DNA of 64,000 nucleotides from Trichoplax adhaerens (lineage: Eukaryota; Animalia; Placozoa), in contig NW_002060949.1 of the NCBI RefSeq assembly GCF_000150275.1, forward strand, positions 4,744,753 through 4,808,752, given 5' to 3'. The position numbers were made by a program, and so were the translations under genes. Below are positions 52,473-64,000 of this stretch, piece by piece. The notes beneath the pieces are model-generated. The model had not been told where the DNA came from, did not search any database, and saw only the letters and a program-made list of their open reading frames with translations. Each line of letters opens with the position of its first letter. Position 1 is the first letter of the stretch.

Positions 52473-55400
52473 ATGGCTGATACTAATAGCGATATCGAGA
52501 AAGAAAAAAAGATCGATGAAGAAGCTGAAGTAGCTAAACCAGTTGATTCTGAAAGTGTTGAAGAAGAACGTGAAGGTTGGGGTAAAAAAATTGAATTTCT
52601 CCTTTGCTGCGTTGGCTATGCAGTTGGAGTTGGCAATGTATTGCGATTTCCATACCTATGCTACGAAAATGGCGGCGGTAAGTTATGTCAACGCTTCAAC
52701 GCATTTTACATTAATCTTATTCGCAACTAGCGGCTGCTGCACAATGCACACCAGTCAGAATTATTTTTATAGGCATGATCAGATACAAACCAGAACGATT
52801 ATTTATACTAAGTAAAGCAATACGGATTAGAATTTTTTTTCTGCAGTACGATCATGTAGCCGTAAACTCGATAAGAAACAACACGTGTTAAGCGGTAAAA
52901 ATGTCTTTGTAAAATCTGTCAAGGATACTGAGTTAAAGGGAATGTGTTACTCATGTGGATAACAGTTTATTTGGTTGTCTTTGACCTTTTTCTTTGATGC
53001 AGTTTTTGTAGAGTAATCAAAATGATGAGAATAAAAAGTTATTCAGTTAGATCTACATTAAAAAATAATACTGGAGCTACGAGATTTCCACATCTACGTG
53101 ACTCGCCATTACAGTTTCACATCACTACTATAGAGCATGAAATCTTGGATAAGAGCTCTTCCCAAAAATACAGTGCAAAAACTTTATGTAATAAATTCTA
53201 TTGAAGATAACGTACTTCTTCACTGCTAAGTAGATATAAGATGTAGAGCTATTTTGAATTTATACGCGTATCTCAGTAAACTTACTACAGCATAGAAGTA
53301 TTCAAGCTTGTACTTGTAGGCGTATTAATTATCTTAAGATTTAGTAAGGCTCATTCTTGAGCATTTCCAAATTTTTGTTCTATTCTAAAAATATGATTAT
53401 AGACTGTTTTTCAGTAGCAAGTACTCTAAAAAAAGGTTACCATTAAATAAGAAATCTATGAAAAGTTGAACTAATGTAAAATACATGTATAGTAGCAACT
53501 AGTCTAGTTTTAAGGCGCTTGCTGGAAACATAATTGCTTCGATAAATACAGTTTATTATTTTTCTAGGCTTTATACGATTTTTTTTGTTTGCCAACTAGC
53601 CTCTAGCAATGATTTATAAGGTCAGTGTTGGCTAAAATCTTTTTTTTTATCTAGGGGCATTTCTGATTCCATACTTTCTATGCATGATATTTTGTGGCAT
53701 ACCGCTGATTGCGTTAGAATTTGCTATTGGGCAATACTGGCAGAAAGGACCTACCGTGGTCTTTTTACATCTATGTCCGCTATTAAGTGGTTCGTACTCG
53801 TATTGCATTTTTATTCAATTACAGCCATTTATCATTTTGCATGATTAATTCGACCAAGTAGATGTTATCATAAGAATGGCTTCAATATTATATAAGCTAT
53901 GTGATACAGGAAAGTAAAATACACTCTTATTTTTATTGTATTTAAAAATATCTAGGGATTGGCTATTGCATGATTATGATATCTTTCCTAGTGTCTACCT
54001 ATTACATCAGTTTGCTTGTTTGGGTTCTTTATTACTTATTCAGCAGTTTTGGTAATCCATTGCCTTGGTTAACTTGTGATAACCCATGGAATACACCAAA
54101 CTGCGTTGTCTATAATAGATCAAATCCAAACCTAACTGGGACTTCACCAAGCGAAGAATTTTTAAAGTTAGTTCGATAAATTCATGACAGCCTATTTACG
54201 CTAATAGATTTTAACTAAATTTCCAATCGTTTTCATTAACGACTCATTCACTTCTACAATCAACTACTATAGATTTAATTATGGCCTCAATACCTACTAT
54301 TTTTCAAGGAAAAATGGGGGTTATGTAATACTTATGATCAATTTTTTTTAGCGAAAAAGTTCTAAATATGACCAGTTCGCCGTCAGAAATCGGAATTGTG
54401 AAGTGGGATCTGGTTCTACTACTCTTGTTGTCATGGATTATCATTTATTTTTGCTCATTCAAGGGCGTTCAATGGACTGGAAAGGTATGACACCGCACGC
54501 TATAGCTACTATTTAAGTGTAGATCGTATGCAGTACAAAAGGAAATGTAAAATTTTTTAAATCGCTGGTTTTTTAATTTGTTGTGCATCTGATATATTGA
54601 AACAAAAATCTTTCTGAAAACAAATCGCAAATCAAAATTGATGGTATACTTTGATATCATAGTTAGTGCTGATGTTCTGTTTAAAAAATTACCGCTTTTG
54701 AAAATATTGTCTTTTTGTATATAGAAATTGCAAGTTAGTGAAATGACTGTATTGTGGTATATATACACATTGCATTTTGAAGCTTCACTAAATATATATA
54801 CTATAGGTTTAGTTTATTTAAAAACCGATAGCTACCATACTACTACAACTGCATTGCAGGATATTTCTTTTATACGCATGCACTTTGCTATTATTAAATT
54901 TCATCGCGTTATTTATATAAGATATGGAACAAGTACTTACGTTTCGGTTGAACTTAAAAAATAAATAAACTTCAATAAATCTATTCATTGGCGTAGTAGC
55001 TAGTCAATAATAGATAATAATAACATTCATCTATTAATACTGAGTTGATCAATTGTAGATTTTTAAATACGTGAACTCATGACATGAACTCATATGCTCT
55101 AATTTTGTGATAGGTCGTTTACTTTACGGCAACATTCCCTTATCTTGTTTTGATCATCCTTTTCATCCGTGGACTTACCTTGGAAGGTGCTGGTGATGGT
55201 CTTTACTTTTATTTAAGTCCAAAGTTTGAGCTGCTACGAAGTATAGATGTAATACGCTTATTTTTTAATACCATTCATATTCTTATTGACAATACGATGT
55301 TATTCAGGATACAAAACATGTCACTAATGCAATTAAAAATGGATGATTCATAATGTTTTAAAAATAAAATTCAATTATAACTCCATTCTATCTTACAGTA

Positions 55401-58400
55401 AGTTTGCTTTCATACTCTGTATCTTTTTAGGTTTGGAAAAAAGCAGGAACTCAGATCTTTTATTCCTTAGGCATCGGCTTTGGTAGCTTAATTGCTTACT
55501 CTAGTTATAACAAGAGAGACAATAATGTTATAAAGTATGTCAACTCCAATGAATACTATTAATTTATAATCAATTTACGTACAATGTATCAGGAATTATA
55601 GGTAGAATACGATTTCATATCATAAGTGAATTAGTTGCATTCGATTGTAATAGATTATAGCAAAATCAAGAAAAATAGAAACTTCATAATTATAATATTG
55701 GGTGCTATAGGGATGCGGTTGGTTTGGCACTTATAAACTGTGGGACCAGCTTTTTTGCTGGATTTGCCATATTTTCTATGATGGGCCATATGTCACGCAA
55801 ACTGAATGTACCAGTCGAACGAGTGGTAGCTGAAGGTAAATTTAAATATTTACATAATTATCTAAATATAGTAATCGCTTCTATTAAGCTAAAGTAAGGC
55901 AAGAATAGACTGTAGACAACTTAGATCTGTACAATGATATTTTCTGTAATATAAATTCTATCTCTACGCAGTCTAGATTTGCTGCATGATATAGATGTAC
56001 CAAATAATATTACGTTATAGTTTAATTTATAGATATTTTACTTATACTTTATCCGAGTGGCTTCTAAATTAACGGATTGTCACAATTTCGTGGCTTCTAA
56101 ATTAATGGATTGTCACAATTTCACTTCTGTGACAAGGTAACGTACAGTAAAAGTCCATAAGTAGCTACTGACTTAAACGCCCTTTTACTTAACGTTAAAC
56201 ACACTCAGCAAAATACTGTAAAGATGAAACTTTTATTAGCAAAGATACATCTACCACTTTTTACCACCACACTCATCTCAAATGTTCCCGTTTATATAGG
56301 AACCGTCTAATTTGTAAATAACAACGGTGTTATTATTATACCTTACTAGGAGAAATATCTCGAACTGAGATATCCCTTACATAGCTTTTCTATCAGTAAA
56401 TATTTTGAATCTCTTACGCATACTTAATCTTAATCTAAGCTCGTAGGTTGTCTAATTCAACTATTATCAACTAGAATTTGAATCATCTTACTGCTATCTA
56501 TCGCACAATAACAATCAATATCAAATATGTAATGAACTCTTACAAACAACATCCACGTTAAGGCATTACTTATCTTACCTAGCACTACAAATATGAATAT
56601 TCTCCATACTAGCTACTACTGTGCTTATTAAACTATCCTAATGACAAGGCAACACCATAACATGGATTTACTTAACCACGTGAAGTACAAATTGTCGATG
56701 TTGATACTTATTAATGTCTGTATTACGATGATATTTTTGTCCAACGTTCATGGCGAAAATAGGTCCTGGATTAGCTTTCATAATATATCCAGCAGGGTTA
56801 GCGACTCTACCAGCAGCTCAGTTTTGGTCGGTGTTATTTTTCTTTATGCTAATCACCTTAGCCTTGGATAGTCAGGTATAATGTGTTACTGTATTTAAAT
56901 CTAATGTAGATAGAAATATAAAAGACAAACTATTGAGCTATGAAATTATGGAAATACTTGTAAAATTTTAATAGCTCGTTACATAAAAATTTAGTTTGGA
57001 ATGGTTGAATCAGTAGCGACTGGTATTGAAGACGCTTTTGCAAAACATTTACGTGGTAAGAAGCCGTTGACGGTTGGGGTCTTGTGCGTGGTGCAATTTC
57101 TGTTTAGTATCGCATGTGTAACTCAGGTAAGTCGAATTGATATCTAAATTTTAACCGTTCTAATTGTTATCATTCTTCTAGCATAACAAGAATTGAGATC
57201 AATTTATTAATATTTGCCTATTCGATTATTATGATCTGTATTTAATAGGGTGGCATTTATATCTACTATATTTTCGATTCATATTCTGGATCTACTGCGT
57301 TGATATTGGCCGTAGCCGTAGAATCGTTAACTATAAGCTGGATTTATGGTAAATCATTTTGAATCAGTGTTTTAATGATAATTTTTGTATATTTTGATTC
57401 GGTGAAAACTCTTATAGCCGATAATGATATAGATTTTTATTAACTTGTTACAGTACAAGCATATGCGTAAATAGAGTATACCTTATCAGCAAAACAAGTA
57501 ATTATAATGTTATAATTTATTTAGTGTAGTTAGCCTTGGGCTATAGCCTATTGGTACTATTTTAGCTAATTTTGGAAACTTGCAAATATCATTTTATTTA
57601 AGATTTTATTGGTGTAAAATTAGTCCGTAGAGTAGTTATAATATAAATGTACAAAATTGATAAGGAAATTTGCTGATATACTCTTACATTAACTTTAAAA
57701 TCTTTATAGCAACATTATTAAACAGCTTTTAGATAATACAATTACAAACTTTGGAATATAATTCGAAAAGTCAACTTATTTTAACTGACTCATTCTACTT
57801 TCCATTGGTTTTGTTACTTACGACGAAAATTCTGTTAAATATTGACAGGTGTAAACAGAATGGCTCGTAATATAGAAATAATGAAAGGCTCTCCAGTTTG
57901 GTTTGGTTGGAAAATCTTTTGGGCTGTTATTACTCCAGGATTTATGATTGTACGTACAAATAATTTTGATCGGCCATCATTTTGCTTATATTATAGCCAT
58001 TAATCAAGTTCATTATTTTAGACTAGAATCGAATAAGGGATACTCTATTAAATGTTAAAAGCGTATAAGAGTACAATATACTGTCGTTGTATATATAATC
58101 ATGAAAGGGCAATATTAAGTAATTGAAGTATTTTGCATTTCTAATATCATCGATATTGATGTAGATTAGACTAATATATTTATACAATATACTATCATTG
58201 TATGTATAATTATCAAAGAGCGACATTAAGTAATTGAATTATTTTGCATTTCTAATATTATTGATATTGATGTAGATTAGACTAATATATAGATGAGCTA
58301 AATTTAAATATATCTTGATTGCAGGTAATTTTCGTGTATAGTATTATTGATTACGCACCACTTAAATACGGCGGTAAGCGTTATCCGTGGTGGGGAGATT

Positions 58401-58989
58401 TTATTGGTTGGGTCATGACTGGGCTTTGCATTATTAGTATCATTATTCCTGGTCTAGTTCTGTTAATTAGGGAGAAGGGTACCCTTAAAGAGGTGAAAAG
58501 ATAATGAATAATGATAAGTTTTAATTCATCGAGTTAATGCTATCTTAATTAATACAAAATTAATATGTGAATGTTTATATCATCATGAAATATGATAATG
58601 CTATAGCTTATATCTATACAGACTGGATATACTTAGTTATGCTTCTATTTAGTTCTAGTAACGATAGAAGTTGTCTTAATGGCACGAAATAGGCTGCCAA
58701 TAACAGCCACATATATATTACATCATTCCGATAATACTGATGATAATTTTTCTCTTGCTTAAAACAAATCGTAGTCAGATCAAGTTGCATCATTCTTGCT
58801 TCACCTCACAAAATTTCCATTTTTAACTTTTACTAGCGATTGATCAAGTTGTGCTATGTACCAGACTCCGCAGCTGAGATAGCTTTTATGAAGGAAAAGA
58901 AGGGTTATTCTGAAGAAGAAGTATCATCATTGCCAGAAAAAACAGTATTTACAGGAACTGCACCCCTCAATTATGAGTCCAACGTTTAA
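52473..58989 (+). CDS. SLC6 (neurotransmitter:sodium symporter) family Na+/Cl- dependent amino-acid transporter, 13 coding exons
   Basis: Spliced product contains [172 protein letters not shown] and ends ...LNYESNV* (TAA 58987-58989). A possible 5' UTR intron has its donor at 52165. Confidence 0.95.
56057..56122. repeat. 33-nt tandem duplication in an SLC6 intron
   Basis: gtggcttctaaattaa(c/t)ggattgtcacaatttc x2, one mismatch. Confidence 0.95.
58072..58290. repeat. ~111-nt tandem duplication in an SLC6 intron
   Basis: Two copies starting at 58072 and 58183: tacaatatact...attaagtaattgaa(g/t)tattttgcatttctaatat...gatattgatgtagattagactaatatat. Confidence 0.92.
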
Positions 58990-61804
58990 TATTTACACTA
59001 ATAATGCGAATAATGATATTTTTTTCTTTACATGTAAGTTACGGTACAAGTTTCGTTTTATTCTCCAGTTTAATTAAGTCGGTGTACTGATAATTATAAA
59101 GGATTTGTGCGTACTCTGTAGCTCTATATTGACTACTTTAATTTCATTTTTACGGCATTCCTTTTGATATGCTTAGTTAACACAATTGAGTAAGATACAA
59201 ATGTCAAATTACTCCATAGGTGTACACTACACAATACAGTATTGCTTGATAGTAATTAAAAGAAACAAAAAGACTCCAGTTTCTAAATTAAGCATTAACA
59301 GCGAGTAGTGAGTTTTCAAGACTATAGCGCAGGATACTAAATAGCGTTTGAATAATATCCTGTATTGACTTAGCTGATTTAAGCTAACAGTTATACATAG
59401 TGCGCAAGGTAGTATCGCTAGGTATAAAAATGTTACACGGTGTAGCTGAAACTTGCATACTATATTATGCCTTATCTTCACCCAATAAAATTATACACTT
59501 AAAGGGCTGCAGTGCAGCCGTATCTAATCCGTTGGGTTCACTTTGACGCTATGTAAACAGAAAATTTTTGTTATACTGTAAGATAGTCTACGGATACTAT
59601 AAACTATAGTCTACAGGTATAGTAGTAAAGCTGTGCACTTCTGCACAAACAGCGTCAAAAATCAATTACTATTAGTTGATGGAGTAAAATGGAATTAGAG
59701 CTCGCTGTTGGTGGGGGGGGGGGGAGTAGATATAACTGGTGAAGTAATATCCGTTCGCATAACATAATACTTTAATGGATTCACTAGTCATTGTTATTTT
59801 AAAATTTTCTCTTCCTTATTTAGCTCGTATCAGCAATTCACTATATCGCTACTTCAACGAAAATCAACACAACACGGATAAATTATAGTCACTAAAAATA
59901 GGGTAAACAGAAGTATAACTTTTTGATCGTCTTCTAATGCACGTAAATGTTTGTAATGTGTACGGAAAAGTTACCGATACATTAGCACATAATTATAATT
60001 GGCCATTTTGGTTTATTTACTAATGTTGATGCAAGATACAGTAGGTTGTGAAGCGCTGCCTGAATTGGAATTTATAGTTCTTGATAGCTATTTTTAAATA
60101 GCTACTGCAGTTATTATGGTCGCAGAAAAATCGTTCCAACGTTGCGGTTTCTGGTAAGATTAATGTTCAAGGACTGTGAATGTGGGGGAGGGAGAGGGGA
60201 GAAAGAGAGAGAATACCAACAGGATACTTTTAGGCTTCTTAGTGTTTAGTAACTGTTATTGTCAGACTAAATTATGCTTTACATTTCAACAGCAACACAT
60301 ATCATCATTTCACTATTACCGTTGTCATGTTTACTGCAGGAAAATAAGTTCTATAGCGAGACTCCTAGTAATTACAAGTGGCGTCGCTAGATCTTAATGG
60401 ACTACTGGTATCAAGGGTTACATTTAGGGCGTTGAGATGGTCGTTGGCTGTTAAAAGAAGGATATAAAAGACTGGCTCCATTAGGAGGGAGACAGTCGCT
60501 AGCCTGAGAGTTAGCTGTACCGTATACACTGTCTACGTGGTCTAATTTTTACTACTGTAATATTCAACAATGATCATTAAGTAATAAAACTATTTTTAAC
60601 CGCTATCGTGAGAGACTAATTCTACGTGTATATTATTGTTTGACTAGATTAGACTTGAGGTAGAAGTAGTACTTTATTACAGAGTATTTATCGATATAGA
60701 GTTGATATTTATTATACCGTAAAAGGTAATATATAGGCTACTATGGCTAAGTGTGGAAACGCAGCTTGTAGTACAGTTGTAGTATAGTCGTAGAACTTTA
60801 TCATGGGATTGCACAACCATCAAAAAGTCATAAAGCTCTATCAGGAATATTACAGTCTACAAGCCTATGTGATAATAACAGTGTAATATGATATCGGATA
60901 TATCATGTACTGCTGGAGTCTAAAATATGGTTGGAGATATGATGAGACAACGAATCTGTTCTGTAAAGCAATGGAATTCTCCTTATTTTATTTCGTTTAC
61001 CGAGCAAAGCGTATTATTATGCATGCAACAACAGCGCACCATGAAGAAACTGTATTGACTATATCTATAAGTTATGATACAAGATAAGATACGATATTAT
61101 ATTACGGGCGTTATTACGATAGGAGAGAATAAACCTAAAAACGCCATGATTTTAATTGCCGGCTGCTGTCAAGTGGGTCTCAAATTAGTGAATTATATAT
61201 ATATAGTCAATTGAATTAATGTGGTAGATCAAAATGCATCTTGATCTGGTTATGAAATAGCTTGATGCTATTACACTTGGAGAAGCAGTCGAGATAAGCC
61301 TACAGTGGTACAGTGAAAGGAAAATTTATTTTGTCCTTGATTTGTAATAAAGGAGAAAATACAACTGGAAATTTTTCTCCTTTCTACGGGTATTACATAC
61401 AGTCCGGTAGCTTTTTTTCAAGTCAAGAAATAATCAAGACCTTCCTCATTGATTTTGATTCGGTGTTTGAACACATAGGGTATGCTACAAGCCAAGTCTA
61501 ACGTTAATCTACTGTCTTGGGATTAGGAATGAAGTTCGGCGTGGAGTTTACTGCCAAAACCAAGTAGGGAAAGGTAATGTTTTCGTTTTACTATACAATA
61601 TTGGACAATTTCCGATATTACGGAAGCATTTGCCAATCGCAATGCTGATATAGTTGTTGTTCAAGGGATAGACAACGTTAGACTAAATAAACTCAATCAA
61701 GAGGATAAAGTATACAGTCGACGCATAGCACAGTAGAGTGATATTACTCATGTTCGGAATATTTTTACAATGCTGCACTAGGCTACAGTCGCTGACAAGT
61801 GATC

Positions 61805-62182
61805 TTGTTGGGGGCGAATTGACGTCATCGCTTCATTTTATAGAACAGACTCGGATTTTATAGAGTCGCCGATGGAACGACGACTCTATAACATAGCCGG
61901 CGATCGTATATATGAACGAGGCCGGATACGAAATGGGTCATTTTGCACTCGACTAAAGGAAATAATGTTCCTATGCTGAGGTTGAGGCACCGAAAACTAT
62001 GATCAACTTATATTTACGCGTATATTGATTCTATTTATTTACGCTTTTAGCTGCCTAAACCTCAGCATAGGAAATTATTTCCTTTAGTCGAGTGCAAAAC
62101 GGCCGATTTGCCTGTTGGCCTCGTTCATACTGTACGTACAGTACACTGTACAGTACTGTACACTGTCAATTCGCCCCAACAA
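61805..62182. mobile_element. Fold-back/MITE-like element with nested inverted repeats
   Basis: Outer IR ttgttgggggcgaattgac (61805-61823) / gtcaattcgccccaacaa (62165-62182); middle IR tatgaacgaggcc (61911-61923) / ggcctcgttcata (62117-62129); inner ~48-bp IR ttttgcactcgactaaaggaaataat...cctatgctgaggtt (61941-61989) / its complement at 62052-62099; side hairpin ttatagagtcg...cgactctataa (61858-61891). No clean target-site duplication seen. Confidence 0.75.
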
Positions 62183-62269
62183 TACAGTACAGTACAGTAC
62201 CAAGTGGGCGTTGGACTCTACAGTCTACAGTACTGTAGGCGCTGTGATTGTAGGACAGGGCAGGGGCCC

Positions 62270-62414
62270 CAGGGGGTGAGCTATTAAAGAAAAAATTTTA
62301 CCCTGCACCACGTTTTCCGTCAAAATTTCCCTACCGACCAAGGTTTTTTTAGACGGTAGGGAGATTTTGACGGAAAACGGGGGGAGGGTGCAATTTTTTC
62401 TTTAGTAGTCCCTG
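62270..62414. mobile_element. Second hairpin element (~55-bp stem) with CAGGG...CCCTG ends, hAT-MITE-like
   Basis: Left arm ctattaaagaaaaaattttaccctgcaccacgttttccgtcaaaatttccctaccg (62281-62336) pairs with cggtagggagattttgacggaaaacgggggagggtgcaattttttctttagtag (~62354-62408); flanked by caggg (62270) and ccctg (62410-62414). No 8-bp TSD evident. Confidence 0.65.
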
Positions 62415-62459
62415 ATTTAGCTATACTGTAGTTGATATCACTGCGCTCAAGCGACAGAA

Positions 62460-62970
62460 GATACAGTACAATCTAGAGTACTGTACAGTATAGATTATAA
62501 CGGTTTGAACCGAACCGAACCTTCCTCAGATCTAGTACAGTACTGTAGACATGGAATGAATGACAGTAGTGTACTGTAGACTGCACACAGTATCCGAGAA
62601 ATTTTTCCTAATTTTAACTAAAACAAAAATAAAATGAATGTACAGAACTTGAACAAATTACTTATCAAACGATAGTAAATGAGTCTATTAATGCGAATCT
62701 GTTAATTTAATTTGCGTACAATATCCAGATCTTTCACAAATTAAGTTGAAAGTGAAATCGTTACTCTCCAAATTCGCCGACATTACAGTGCCTAAAAATC
62801 TCTACAGTATACTAATCACCTTGCTACAGTACAAAGTAATCCTGGAAATTCTTACGGACCCACAATCTGTAGCGTACAGTGTATTGTGCACAGTACAGTC
62901 ATACACTACAGTACTGTACTGTACTGTACTGTGCTCCATGGTACAGTACAGTACGGTACTGTATGCTGTA
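62460..62970. promoter_or_regulatory. TACAG/CTGTA arrays upstream of PRODH, including a 23-bp inverted repeat
   Basis: Tracts at ~62460-62590 and ~62870-62970 (also 62128-62240). tacagtactgtactgtactgtac (62907-62929) pairs with gtacagtacagtacggtactgta (62941-62963) with one mismatch. Confidence 0.6.
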
Positions 62971-63143
62971 TCGCTGACGGTGACCTTACATCCAATACGG
63001 TACGACCGTATGCTAGCGGCGGACTGTCCTCCGAGATTTAATTCATGAATTATACAGACGTTTTCAAAATAGAAATTTGGGACTGTTGGATCCGTTGTGG
63101 TTGATCTTGAAATAGTTATTATTATTATTAACAGGTTAATACT

Positions 63144-64000
63144 ATGGCTAACCTATTGCGTCTTAGACCGTTGAAAGGAATCAGAGCAAATCCATGGATG
63201 GCAGGATGTTTGAAAGGATCAAAGATGCCGTTCAATGATAGTGGAAGGCTGTTCATACGACGTGGGATTGTCTTATCAACAAGTGTAAAAAATTCCCATC
63301 ATCATCCAGTCCAATGTCGGCAGGAAACACCTCCTCAAGATGAGACCATCAAATTTGATAATTATCGAATTGCTTACAAGGATAAAACTCCATTAGAACT
63401 TTTACGTGGAGTTTTGGTCTACAGATCGTTAACGATCGATTATTTAGTTGATAATGCTATCTGGGTACGTCCATACAAACATTAGCGCCATCGGTCATGA
63501 TGAATATTAAAAGGATGAATTAGAATTGTATTCATTAAAAGTTCAAAGTGTTATACAATATAAAACTACGGTACTGCACTACGTCTTCTTCACCATGGAT
63601 TAATCAATACATTTAGCAAGGTCAATTCAACAAGTCAATGATCCTACTGTATACATACGCAAATCGAATTTTTCAATGAGTTGATGTTTAACGTAAAAGC
63701 TGCTTTTAAATGTGTTCGGACTAGTCTAAGGATTAATAGAGAGAGCTGCATCGACCTACAGTACTCATAATTCTATGGTTGGCAATAGTCCATGCTTCCA
63801 TATACTCCACTACTCGTTATTACTGTAAATACTATACACTGTATAGGTTATCCCTCGATATTCACTATGAAATTATCTACTCTTTCCTTTGACCCTAAAT
63901 AGGACTGTAAAACTCTTGCTATGATTCACCTTGCAAGTGGTTCTTAATTGACTTTCAATCTTTCTATTATACTAATAGATTATGAAGAAATCCAGGAGCT
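63144..64000 (+). CDS. PRODH: Proline dehydrogenase (mitochondrial), exon 1 and start of exon 2; continues beyond the window
   Basis: Exon 63144-63464 encodes an Arg/Leu/Ser-rich presequence followed by IKFDNYRIAYKDKTPLELLRGVLVYRSLTIDYLVDNAIW, matching the N-terminal F.n...AyrsKt..ELlR.llV..l block of animal PRODH. Donor tgg|gtacgt; exon 2 from 63979 (IMKKSRS). The catalytic domain is not in the window, so PRODH versus PRODH2 is not fully resolved. Confidence 0.82.

Noticed and set aside
60400-60520. TATAAAA followed by a weak hairpin, considered as a small RNA gene
   Set aside because: No recognisable snRNA, tRNA or snoRNA motifs; the pairing is short and could be chance.

Overview
AT-rich, intron-dense animal DNA with mostly ~70-150 nt introns; composition and gene architecture suggest a placozoan such as Trichoplax (inference, not verified). 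Gene order: 3' part of a UBE3B-type HECT E3 ligase (+, ends 5482); a disrupted, microexon-containing candidate longin-domain (HPS1/Fuzzy/Mon1-like) locus (-, ~5.9-7.4 kb); an intronless FoxA gene (-, 21283-22515) within ~33 kb with no recognisable genes and with an upstream TCF/LEF motif cluster; an 11-exon POLDIP2 (+, 41914-45235); a 50-N gap; a 13-exon SLC6 amino-acid transporter (+, 52473-58989); two fold-back/MITE-like elements near a possible decayed integrase fragment; and the 5' end of proline dehydrogenase PRODH (+, from 63144). Best leads: TACAG/CTGTA palindromic arrays directly upstream of both mitochondrial-protein genes, the SLC6-PRODH pairing, the FoxA regulatory desert, the longin-like locus, the fold-backs and possible ancient UBE3B-POLDIP2 microsynteny. 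No rRNA, tRNA or CRISPR array was recognised. All protein identifications are by eye from remembered family motifs; no database search was run.
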